Shown one piece after another: positions 1 through 9,302 of a DNA stretch of 14,297 nucleotides. The first letter of the stretch is position 1. Every line of letters starts with the position of its first letter. A program made the translations under genes and the position numbers. The stretch is from Octopus sinensis (lineage: Eukaryota): assembly GCF_006345805.1 (NCBI RefSeq), contig NW_021826386.1:1-14297 (forward strand), in the 5' to 3' direction. Under the pieces are notes generated by a model. That model was not told the DNA's origin. It ran no database searches and saw nothing but the letters and a program-made list of their open reading frames with translations.

Positions 1-259
1 TGTTGTTGTTAATATTATTCTTATTACACCTCAGGTCTTTCAATAAAATCCTTTCTTGTGTTTTTCTCTATTTTATTTTTGTTCCTTTGGTTGCTTTTCT
101 TTTTATTTTTTTTGGTTGGTTGGTCAGTGCTTTGTGTCGTTTTTTCTTTATATTTCTTTCATTTGTCAGCTTGTTAGTACGATAGATAGTCCTACCAAGA
201 CACAAAAAGAACAATTAATTAAAAAGCTAATCAATAAGTTAACTGGTTGTTTGCATAAA

Positions 260-304
260 CATATGCATGCACATATATGTATGTATGTGTACGTTAATAC
301 ATAC

Positions 305-347
<43 letters not shown>

Positions 348-400
348 GTATTTGTATATCTATATATAATACGTATGTGTATTATATATATATATATATG
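260..400. repeat. Compound (TA)n/(TATG)n microsatellite
   Basis: Read directly; near-pure (TA)n at about 307-340, with degenerate flanks. Confidence 0.9.
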
Positions 401-427
401 TATTATTTATCCCTTTAGGGCGAACGA

Positions 428-520
428 GTTGTTGTTCTTTAACCCCGGGTCAGTTCTGATCAAATAGAGTTTATAATCAAAGACAATCAATGGTGACCAT
501 TCCATCAATTTTTTTTTCAT
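428..520 (-). mobile_element. Possible decayed 3' fragment of an interspersed repeat
   Basis: ttgttgttctttaaccccgggtcag...tgaccattcc resembles an octopus repeat end recalled from memory. There is no second copy in the window to confirm it. Confidence 0.25.
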
Positions 521-769
521 TCAAAGTTATTTTGCATCAGAGACTTCATCATTCAATATCTTCTTCCATTTGTTTCTTTTTTTGTTTGTTTGTTTTGTTT
601 TTTTGCTGTATTTTTGTTGAGTGATTTAATGTAGATTTGGCTGCTCAGTTCTAAGTATGACGAGCTATCACAGAGAGGGTCCTTTCGCTGGCTGGTTGTG
701 GTTGTTGCTGTTACTGGTGATGTTGTTTTGTATGTAAATGAAAATGAAACAGATAAATGAGACAGGGAA

Positions 770-852
770 CAGAGAGAGAGAGAGATGGAGTGGGGGGGAT
801 GAACGTGTGAGAGGAAGAAAAATGAAAGAGAAAGAGAAAGAGAGAGAGAGAG
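770..852. repeat. GA-rich polypurine tract
   Basis: (GA)n and (GAAAGA)n units read directly. Confidence 0.85.
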
Positions 853-984
853 GGGGGATGGTGGTAGTCGACGACTATCTCTTCTAACAAACAGTAAACT
901 GGCTGACTGTATATCGCAACTGAAACTGCTTGCCTGATTTAGCCGCAACCACACGCCGTTTCATCAACGTCCGCCTCCTCGTCT

Positions 985-1050
985 ACCTCCTTCTCCTCCT
1001 CCTCCTCCTTCTTCTCAATCTCCTCCTCCTACACCTCCTCCTCCTGCTCT

Positions 1051-1103
<53 letters not shown>

Positions 1104-1125
1104 TTGCTGCTGCTACTGCTGTTGT
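985..1125. repeat. (CCT)n followed by (CTA)n and degenerate (CTG)n
   Basis: Read directly; pure (CTA)n at about 1051-1103. Explains the poly-L, poly-S, poly-V and poly-R ORFs. Confidence 0.95.
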
Positions 1126-1465
1126 TTTTGATAGTGTTTCTGCTGCTGTTGCTGTCCTTCTTGTTAATAATACTCGACCTGCTGTTTGACCGTCCGTCAC
1201 TGCTGTTCGCTTTGCTAGGTTCAATATTGTTGTTGTTGCTGTTTTGGTCCCAGGTCAACCCTAACATTCCATCTATGGCCTTCTTGGATTGCCTCAAGGC
1301 ATGGAACACCTAAGAACCACCCATATTATAAGATGTACTCTTCCTTTGAGGGAGATTTGGTTGCTATTTCTAGTAAATTGAGCGACCTAACGGAGTTTCA
1401 TTCGTTGGCTCAAAACATTGTTGCATCTTAGATGTTGGTTTCCGTCATTGTTTATTCCTTGCCAT

Positions 1466-1815
1466 TGTGTGCGTGCGTGTTGGTGTGTGTGTGCGTGTGT
1501 GTGTGTGTGCGCGTGTGCGCGTGTGTATTCTGGTTTCGCTTTTATTTTTCGTTCATATGCTTGTTGTTTTCTCATTGCATTTGTTTACTTTTTTGTGGGG
1601 GGGGGGGGCAGCCGTAGCATTTGACTCCACCAACAACTTTCACCCCCAGCCTCTACCATCACCACCACCAACAACAACACCACCACCACAAAACACGCAC
1701 TTCTATGCAATATATATATGTATGTATGCGTGTGTTTATACGCACACACACACACACACACACTCACACACAAACACTCACACACACGCACACACATACA
1801 TACACGCACATACAC
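1466..1815. repeat. (TG)n, G12 run, (CAC/CAA)n and (CA)n cluster
   Basis: (TG/CG)n 1466-1525, G12 1597-1608, (CAC/CAA)n about 1655-1692, (CA)n about 1743-1812. Confidence 0.9.
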
Positions 1816-2044
1816 AACAATCACAGGAAGCTTTGCTCGTAAGAATCATCTGCTAAAACTTAAAAAAAAAACAACACCGCGTAACCTCACTCTCTCGCTC
1901 TTTGTCACTCTCACCCTTGCTTTCTGTCTCTCTTTCATTCTCTTTTTCTCTCCTTCGTTCTTTCCATTTCCATCTCTCTCTTTCACTCTTACACACACAC
2001 ACTCTTTCTTTCTCTCTCTCTTTCACTGCTTCTCACATTTTCTT

Positions 2045-2150
2045 CCTATATCACGCTGTGATTGTATCAAATCACCTTGTCACTGGTTGGTTATTTCGTT
2101 AGCCCGTTACTTGATGTTGATTGAGCAAAAACCTAGATGGCGTTTACAAG
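2045..2150. promoter_or_regulatory. Candidate cis-regulatory island
   Basis: Complex ~100 bp sequence between CT-rich and GA-rich tracts. Contains GTGATT-N6-AATCAC (2058-2075), TGATTGA (2118-2124), YY1-like AGATGGCG (2135-2142) and forkhead-like GTTTAC (2142-2147). Motif matches only. Confidence 0.3.
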
Positions 2151-2635
2151 AAAAGAAGAGAAAGAGCGAGAGAAAGAGCGAGAGAGAGAGAGAGAGAGAA
2201 AAGTAACGGTGGATGGAGGGGAAGAAGATACGAAGGGAGAAAAAGTAAAAAAAGGGCATAATATAGACAAACGTGAGATGACGGTAGTAATGATGATGAA
2301 GGCACATAAGGGGAATAAGGGAGAGGAAAACCAAGCTCATGTACCTTCCCTTCTCTCCCTACCGCTCCTACGCTTGCTCGTCAGTTTGTTTTTCTCTCAC
2401 TTTCCCTCCCAATCCTTGTTTCTGTTTCCCCCCTCCCTTTCCTGCTCATACGTCACTGCTTTTCAGATACAATTTCCTCTGTCTCCTTCTCCTCCTTCCA
2501 GCTTGCTCCTCCTCCTCCTCTTCCTCCTTCGTTTGTCACGCCGCTTCTCTTCTTTATTCCACCCACTTCCTCTCAATTTTCACCTGTTTCTTCTTCCCCT
2601 TCATTCCTTTCATTCATTCATTCATTCTTTATTTG

Positions 2636-2745
2636 TTTCTTCTTCTTCTTCTTCTTCTTCTTCTTATTCTTCTTCTTCTTCTTCTTCTTCTTCTTCTTCT
2701 TCTTCTTCTCTTCTTCTTCTTCTTCTTCTTTCCTCTTTCTTCTTC
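2636..2745. repeat. (TTC)n microsatellite
   Basis: Read directly; lies within a long polypyrimidine region. Confidence 0.95.
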
Positions 2746-2968
2746 AGTTGCTGCTGTGATCTCCCTTATTTCTCCTCTTCCTTTTCTTTACTACAATACT
2801 TTTTTGCTCCCTCCTCCCACTACTACTCATTTATTTCGTGTCTTATTTACTTCATCAACTAGATTAACCCACCACTAATCCCCGTGCTTCTCCCCCTACT
2901 CGCCATCCTTCTCTATCTCCTTATCGTCGTTATCGTAATTTTTCATCGACGCACATTCGTTTCCTCTG

Positions 2969-3024
<56 letters not shown>
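2969..3024. repeat. (TAC)n microsatellite
   Basis: Read directly; pure repeat. Confidence 0.95.
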
Positions 3025-3339
3025 GTAATCGTTGTTCGATTTCTTATTCCTCTTCACCGTTCACCTTGTACACTTTATTTTTCTTTTTGATTTTTACCCA
3101 TTTTCGTAAACGCCTTTTTTCCCTTATGTTTCTTCTTCTTAGCATTCATAGATTTTCCTCTCTTCAACAACACCATTATTTTCTTCTGTCTATCATCGTA
3201 CCACCCCCATTACCATCACTACCACCACTGCATGCTTTCAAACGCTTCTATCTGCTCAAACTTTCTCCTTTTAAAAATTTTCCTCTCACATCTGATTTCC
3301 AAACAGAAATATTGTTGTTAATAATTATCATTGAGGACA

Positions 3340-3850
3340 ATTTTGCTATCCAATCTTTTCGCATCGGTAAAATATGATATCAGTGAAATACAGGTGTCAA
3401 TCCACTCCACTTTAGACCCCTGTCATTAGTTAAAAATCATGTGTTATACTAGTCTAATTTACATTTTACCCTGTGTGGAGGTTAATTTTATCTACTGTGT
3501 CTTCCCACCAAGAAAGAAAGAAAAAAAAGCGGCTGGGCTTTCTGTATGAGAAATAACTCTTTAGTTACTTACAAATTCCACATCGCCGTTCATTCTTCGA
3601 TAAAGTAAAATACCAATCAAATACAGGAGTCAAATCCACCATTTAATGGCAGAAACATTAGTACTTAACGGTATTTATTCCAGCTTCTTGAGTTCTGGGT
3701 TCAAATCTCACCATGTTCAACAATGCCGTCCATCCGTCCAGAACTGTGAATTGGTAGAATCAGACGAGTTTGGGTTACGCTGTGCTGTCTATTCTGACTC
3801 TTTGAGTTCTAAGTGCAAATCCTCTCATAGCTTAGTTGACATTCCTAGTC
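3340..3850 (+). mobile_element. Several old, decayed fragments of SINE family A
   Basis: Segments align by eye to the copy at 4758-4987: tttgctatccaatcttttcgcatcggtaaaat (about 3342), cgataaagtaaaatacca (about 3598), tggcagaaacattag...cggtattt...gttctgggttcaaat (3647-3706) and gttctaagtgcaaatcc (about 3806). Confidence 0.65.
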
Positions 3851-4139
3851 GTTAGGTTTAACTTGAGACCTTGGATACCTTTAGCTAAGACCATTCTGTG
3901 GCAAGTAACTGGGCAAAGTCTCTGGTTTGAGGATATCTCATCTCTCCTTCCCATCAATCACAGAAGGTCTGCCAAGGACTATAGGCACAGTCTTCCCTCC
4001 TAATTAGACAAAAAACAATACTAATCAACCCTCCCTGCACTCCAAAAACATTTAACACCTCGTAACAAGGTTTAAAAATCATTAGTCTTTAGTGAGGTCC
4101 ACTTTAACATTCTTTGAAACCTTTTATTTGTCTAGACCG

Positions 4140-4402
4140 CCCTTCTCCGTATATGCGTCTAAATCCCGTCGTAGGTCTATCTTCATCAGCTCATTCCAAT
4201 CTCACAAGCACCACTAAATCTGTTGACGTTACACATCGGCTATAATCGTACCTCTAAATTTCAGGCCTTGTATTAGGACCGATTGCCATAATGGAGTTGG
4301 ATTGACAGAGTCTTGGAAGCAGCAAAGATTCAGTGGTCGATGAAATTGACTAATCCCTACCCTCAAAATTGTTGTCTTTGTGCCTAAATCAGAAACCATT
4401 AA
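4140..4402 (+). mobile_element. Two decayed SINE family A remnants with old-type tail
   Basis: cctctaaatttcaggccttgt (about 4251) and ggtcgatgaaattgactaatccc...cctcaaaattg...tgtgcctaaatcagaaaccatt (about 4335-4400) match the tails at 4549-4632 and 5202-5280. Confidence 0.6.
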
Positions 4403-4404
4403 AA

Positions 4405-4632
4405 TGACGAGGTGGCGGAATCGCTAACGCGTCGGAGAAAATGCTTAGCTGCACTTTTCTGCCAACTTTTTACATTCTGAGTTCAAATTCCAATGAGCTC
4501 AGTTTTGCCTTTCATCCTTTCGAAGTTGTTAAAATAAGTACCACTGGAATCGATGTAATCGACTTAGCCCCACCCCACCCCAGATATAAAATTGCTGAAC
4601 TTTTAGCAAAATTTGAAACCATTATTATTATT
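4405..4632 (+). mobile_element. Near full-length diverged tRNA-derived SINE (family A, old-type tail)
   Basis: Head tggcggaatcg, B-box-like gagttcaaattcc, central tttgcctttcatcctttcga...aaaataagtacca, and an (ATT)n tail. Colinear with 4758-4925. Confidence 0.85.
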
Positions 4633-4637
4633 GGTGG

Positions 4638-4745
4638 TAAGTCAGTGAGCTGGCAGAATCCTTTGCAAGCCGGGGAACATGCTTAGCGGTATTTCGTCCA
4701 CCGTCACAATCTAAGTTCAAACTTTGAAGCCACTATTATTATTAG
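4638..4745 (+). mobile_element. Internally deleted SINE family A copy
   Basis: Head gagctggcagaatc...atgcttagcggtatttcgtc...agttcaaa is joined directly to the tail tttgaagccact(att)n. Confidence 0.8.
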
Positions 4746-4757
4746 TGGTAGTGGTAA

Positions 4758-4987
4758 AGCGGCGAGCTGGCAGAAACGTTAGCACGCCGGGCGAAATGCT
4801 TACCGTTTTTTCGTCTGCCGCTACGTTCTGAGTTCAAATTCCGCCGAGGTCGACTTTGCTTTCATCCTTTCAGGGTCGTTTAAATAAGTACCAGTTACGC
4901 ACTTGGGTCGATATAATCGACTTAATCCGTTTGTATGTCTTTGTTTGTCCTCTCTGTGTTTAGCCCCTTGTGGGTAGTAAAGAAATA
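4758..4987 (+). mobile_element. Full-length young tRNA-derived SINE (family A, second tail type)
   Basis: A-box-like TGGCAGAAACG (4768-4778) and B-box-like GTTCAAATTC (4832-4841). The central ctttcatcctttcagggtcg...taagtaccag recalls the Meta/MESC-type domain of Sauria-like SINEs (from memory). Ends aaagaaata. Confidence 0.9.
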
Positions 4988-5172
4988 GGTATTTCATCTG
5001 CCGTTACGTTCTGAGTTTAAATTCGCCGAGGTCGACTTTGCCTTTCATCCTTTCGGGGTCGATAAATTAAGTACCAGTTACGCACTGGGGTCGATGTAAT
5101 CGACTTAATCCCTTTGTCTGTCCTTGTTTGTCCCCTCTATGTTTAGCTCCTTGTGGGCCATAAAGAAAAAAG
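4988..5172 (+). mobile_element. Second young family A copy lacking the first ~50 nt
   Basis: Highly similar direct repeat of about 4805-4987, abutting the first copy. Confidence 0.9.
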
Positions 5173-5295
5173 AATTGTTAGCACACCGGACAAAATGCTG
5201 TTGGGGTCCATGTAATCGAATCGCCCAATTCCTCAAAATTTCAAATCTTATGCCTATTGCAGAAAGGATTATTATTAATAGTAGTAGTGGTAGTA
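5173..5295 (+). mobile_element. Older family A copy: partial head, internal deletion, old-type tail
   Basis: gaattgttagcacaccggacaaaatgct matches 4773-4800, then tggggtccatgtaatcga, cctcaaaatttc and an (ATT)/(AGT)n tail. Confidence 0.75.
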
Positions 5296-5489
5296 GTAAT
5301 CTGTTAAACATAACAGCTTTGTTTTGACTAGCTTTTGTCTATTTATTTATGTTACAGTGTTTCTCCTTTCTTGTCTTATGTTTATTATAAGCCATATCTA
5401 CCTCGTCTTTATTTTGTTGAGTATTTCATTTCATCTGCGCTAGAGTGACACGCTTGTATAAATTATAAGTAATATATACATACGTGAAT

Positions 5490-5546
5490 ACATGCATACA
5501 TACACACACACACACGCATACATTCACACACACACACGCACACTCA

Positions 5547-5574
<28 letters not shown>
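5490..5574. repeat. (CA)n microsatellite
   Basis: Read directly. Confidence 0.95.
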
Positions 5575-5578
<4 letters not shown>

Positions 5579-5767
5579 AAAAGGAAAAATAAATTTATTG
5601 TAGTTTGCCTCCAGTTTATAACGACTTGGCTGTAAAAACTAAATGAATGTAAATACTTAATTGGTCAATAATAAAATGGATATATTTATAGGTTTATTGT
5701 GTTTATATATACCATTATACAATATAATATAATATAAGCGCGTATATACATACACACACTTACGCGC

Positions 5768-5814
5768 ATGTATGTATGTAAGTATGTATGTATGTATGTA
5801 TGTATGTATGTATG

Positions 5815-5848
<34 letters not shown>

Positions 5849-5960
5849 TGTATGCATGCATGTATGTATGTATGTGTGTGTGTGTATGTATGTATGCATG
5901 TATGTATGTATGTATGTATGTATGTATGTATGTTTGTATGTATGTGTGTATGTGTGTATG
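5768..5960. repeat. (TATG)n microsatellite
   Basis: Read directly; source of the MYVC-type ORFs. Confidence 0.95.
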
Positions 5961-6367
5961 GTTGAAAGCATTACCACGATTTTATCGGTCTTATTTGTTT
6001 CGCAAGACTCTTGATGTGAAATTCTCTTGTTTCAACGCATATATCCTGACAGGGTCATTTTGAAAATAAAAGCACATGCAGTGATTTTATTCAGCTTGTA
6101 TTCATTATTGTCTGTCAGCTAGTTATCTAAATAATTAACCAATTAACACATTGATTGTTTGACTAATCATTTGTTCAATCACTCAGTCAGTTGCTTAAAT
6201 TTGTCATTAACCTCGTGTCACTCTTCGTTACCGCATCTATAACTTACACTCGTTGCTCCAGGTCTCTTACTACATGCCCAAAACTCAATGTTGAGGTTGT
6301 ATAAGTTGACGAAAAGACTCTGGACAAACCAATTGATTGATGATTTGATTAGTCAAGCAATAGGCAT

Positions 6368-6560
6368 TATACATACATACATACATGCATACATACATAC
6401 ATACATACATACATACATACATACATACATACATACATACATACATACATACATACATACATACGTACATATATACATACACACATACATACGCACATAC
6501 ATACATACATACATACATACATACATACATACATACATACATACATACATACATACACAT
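6368..6560. repeat. (CATA)n microsatellite
   Basis: Read directly; reverse complement of the 5768-5960 unit. Confidence 0.95.
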
Positions 6561-6569
6561 ATATTGTAT

Positions 6570-6826
6570 TTCTTTATTCCTTTATTTTTTTATTTATTCA
6601 CATGTTTCAGACATTTGACTGCAGCCATGCTGTAGCACCGCCTTGAAGGGTCTTTGTCAAAGAAATCGACATCAGGACTTATGTTTTAAGCCTAGTACTT
6701 ATTCTGTCAGTGTCTTTTGCCGAACCGCTATGCTACAGAGACGTAAACACACTCAACGCCGGTTATCAAGGGTGGTATAGGGTGACAAACACAGACACGA
6801 AGACCCACAGATATAATATATATATA

Positions 6827-6881
<55 letters not shown>

Positions 6882-7020
6882 TTGGGCTTCTTTCAGTTTC
6901 CGTCTATCCCAATCCACTCACAAGGCTTTGGTCGGCCTGAGGCTATAGTAGAAGACACCTACTCGAGGTGTCACGTAGTGGGATTGAACACGGAATCATA
7001 TGGTTGGGAAGTAAGCTTGT
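6570..7020 (-). mobile_element. CORE-type tRNA-derived SINE (family B, OR1/OR2-like) with internal (TA)n
   Basis: Minus-strand B-box-like GTGTTCAATCC (6981-6991), followed by degenerate CORE-like cacctcgagtaggtgt (6955-6970), internal (TA)n at 6811-6881 and an A-rich 3' end. Homologous segments occur at 13110-13272 and 13915-14118. Family name is from memory. Confidence 0.85.
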
Positions 7021-7087
7021 CTCTTTGTTAGTATCTGCGCACCTGTATCTGTGTTTATAAGTATACAAATATAGATATATATACACC

Positions 7088-7118
7088 TATGTGTGTGTGT
7101 GTATGAGACAGAGGGTGT

Positions 7119-7170
<52 letters not shown>
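7088..7170. repeat. (TG)n microsatellite
   Basis: Read directly. Confidence 0.95.
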
Positions 7171-7172
<2 letters not shown>

Positions 7173-7554
7173 ATATGTATACACACATGCATACTGTCCA
7201 CAACTCTTCTCTTGTCTTCAGACGTCTATATTTAGTAGTATATTAAGTATGTAGAAGTGGTGATTCTTGAAGTTATTTGCTCAACTGGTCTTTTCATTCG
7301 GGATCAGTGGTTTCAGATATACCTTCTGTCGAAACGATGATAATTTTTTTTTATAATTCAGCAATTTATTTTGTTTGCTATTTAAAATACATTTATTCGT
7401 TTCTTTTCCCCAAATCCATGCCATTGGTGACTTTCTGTTATTCCCCTTTTTCTTTTAATTATGTGTCTGTGCGTGCGCGCACGCATGTGTACGTATACGT
7501 GTGTATATATTAATTAATTAATTAACTGACTGATTAATCAAATAATCAATTCTC

Positions 7555-7895
7555 CGATAACCTTTTGGAGTAATTTGAAATGTAATGTATATAGTTCCGA
7601 TAAACAAGAAATGATGTTCTTATATAAAATAACAAATCGTGGTTATGCCATTAAGTATACATTTTCAAAAGAAGAAAAATAAAATAGATCTGTTCTGTTG
7701 CTTGTCTTGTTAAAACCATTTTTCGGAAAGAATACTTATTTTCTGTTATTTGCTGCTATTCCCAGTGCGTACAATATCGGCCTCAGTTAAACTGATTATT
7801 GTAAATTGGATATTCGAACAAGTGTAGTGAATAACTTGCCATTTGAAATTACATAAGAAATTATACAAAAATCGCAGTGGAGACTCTCACCCTTG
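7555..7895 (+). pseudogene. Possible very old hAT transposase C-terminal remnant
   Basis: Frameshifted peptides TFWSNLK / LVLLKPF / EYLFSVI / QYRPQLN / LDIRTSV...EIIQKSQWRLS occur in the order expected for the hAT dimerisation domain. Weak match. Confidence 0.3.
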
Positions 7896-8358
7896 AAATC
7901 TTTAATTATTCTGTGATCCCCGAAACATTATTAGAGAAAATAGTAGTTCGGTTTTGTAATAAATGGCTAAAACCATTGACAAAAACATAATTTGTAAAAT
8001 TTATCAAATAATTACGAAATTATAAGTATGTTTTAAACTGGTTTTATTATCTGTTTTCTACCATTAATACAATACATTCCATAAAAAGAAAATTATTATT
8101 TATGTTACTAAATGTAAATCTATTCTCAAAATTTTTATTTCACACACACACACACACACACAAATGTGGATTCACTAAAACAACTGGTTATAATCATATG
8201 TTAATTTTTAGATATAAAATTCAAGAAAAAAATCCTTTTGACCTGTAAAAAATTAATAACTTCTAAAATGATTAAAACAGTGATTAGTTTTTGAAAAAAA
8301 AAAGATTCTTTAATAAGATAAAAAAACATATATTATATTACCTTTTTATTGTATTTAT

Positions 8359-9125
8359 TCAGTGAGATCCTTGTGGCTATTAATATCGGTGATTGTTAGA
8401 GACAAACAAACAACACCTCTACTTAAAATTTCTAAGCGATTGTGAAATTTGATAGTTGGAAGGACAACTAAGTAAGAAGTAGGAAAGGCAATGAAATATA
8501 AATTCACTTCCTACAATGGGAATTTCACAATGATTTCACAATTTCTCCATAAGTTATTGAGCCATGATTAAATTTAGCTTGAGCAATTTGATTATTCTAT
8601 AACTTTTTTGTAGTCCGATATCTACATCAGCTATATCTGTCCCAAATGGATCTACCACCCAGTTCCAAATGTTCATATTCAGGTCATCTTTGAACCTAAT
8701 TTCTATATCATTGGGCAATTTCTCATATATCAATTTCTCTATATCATTGGGCAATTTCTATATCATTGGGCAATTTCTCACAAGTGCTCAATGTATACTA
8801 AGCCATCATCCTCTCGCGGCTTCTCCTCAAAATTGTTAAGGGTTGGATATTGTATCACTCCTTACGCCCAATTCTTCTCCTGAATTTATTAGGATTTTAG
8901 GAAGGCACCCATAACCACTTCGCGAAAAGAAAAAAAAAGTTTCTTCGACAAAACTAGCTTTTCGAATGTATCTGAAAAATAGAATATACCACATTTGGAA
9001 GCACGGATTTCTTCTCAGAGCTGCTTGTTATTCAGAAATATTACAGCTCTGTTCTAAGTTCATCGTAGCAACCCTTAGAGATTGACACCAGATGTATGAA
9101 CTTCGAAACAGAATACTGAATTCAT
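8359..9125 (-). pseudogene. Decayed hAT DNA transposase, C-terminal half (Charlie/Buster, SCAND3/ZBED-like)
   Basis: Manual translation across frameshifts gives SKGC, IFYFSDTFEKL, IGRKE, QYPTL, LVYIEHL, EIRFKDDLNMNIWNWVVDPF, AKF, LW, LYFIAFPTSYLV, NRLEILSRG and PQGSH*. The stop is at 8359-8361, followed by AATAAA. Motif order matches this hAT group; multiple stops and frameshifts; no TIRs identified. Confidence 0.88.
8705..8778. repeat. Three copies of the 19-mer ATATCATTGGGCAATTTCT
   Basis: Copies at 8705-8723, 8741-8759 and 8760-8778, with a 17 nt spacer at 8724-8740. Confidence 0.95.
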
Positions 9126-9214
9126 TCAAGACTTTCCAGTATCAACTTGATACTTTATCATTTATCAATATATTAACTATGAGATCATAAAATGAAACCA
9201 CAGATAATAAAGCG

Positions 9215-9302
9215 TTGTTTGTTTGTTTGTGCGTGCATGTGTGTGTGTGCGTGTGTGTACGTGTGTGTACGTGTGTGCGCGTGCGTGTGCGTGTGCTTGC
9301 GC
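9215..9302. repeat. (GTTT)n plus degenerate (TG/CG)n
   Basis: Read directly. Confidence 0.9.

Noticed and set aside
983-1309. 108 aa minus-strand Ser/Arg-rich ORF and overlapping poly-Leu ORF (930-1313 +)
   Set aside because: Non-ATG starts, composition dictated by (CTA)n/(CCT)n, and no recognisable domain.
2137-2878. Longest ORFs (241 and 179 aa)
   Set aside because: Open only because GA- and CT-rich tracts lack stop codons; products are low complexity.
5657-6635. MYVC/HTYI repeat ORFs (also 10848-11404)
   Set aside because: Translations of (TATG)n/(CATA)n microsatellites.
7929-7975. Resemblance to a mariner-type terminal inverted repeat (tattag...agtagttcggttttg)
   Set aside because: No partner end found and the similarity is too loose.
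8705-8778. Repeat-spacer-repeat pattern suggestive of CRISPR
   Set aside because: Eukaryotic context, only one spacer which is derived from the repeat itself, located inside a transposase fossil, and no cas genes.
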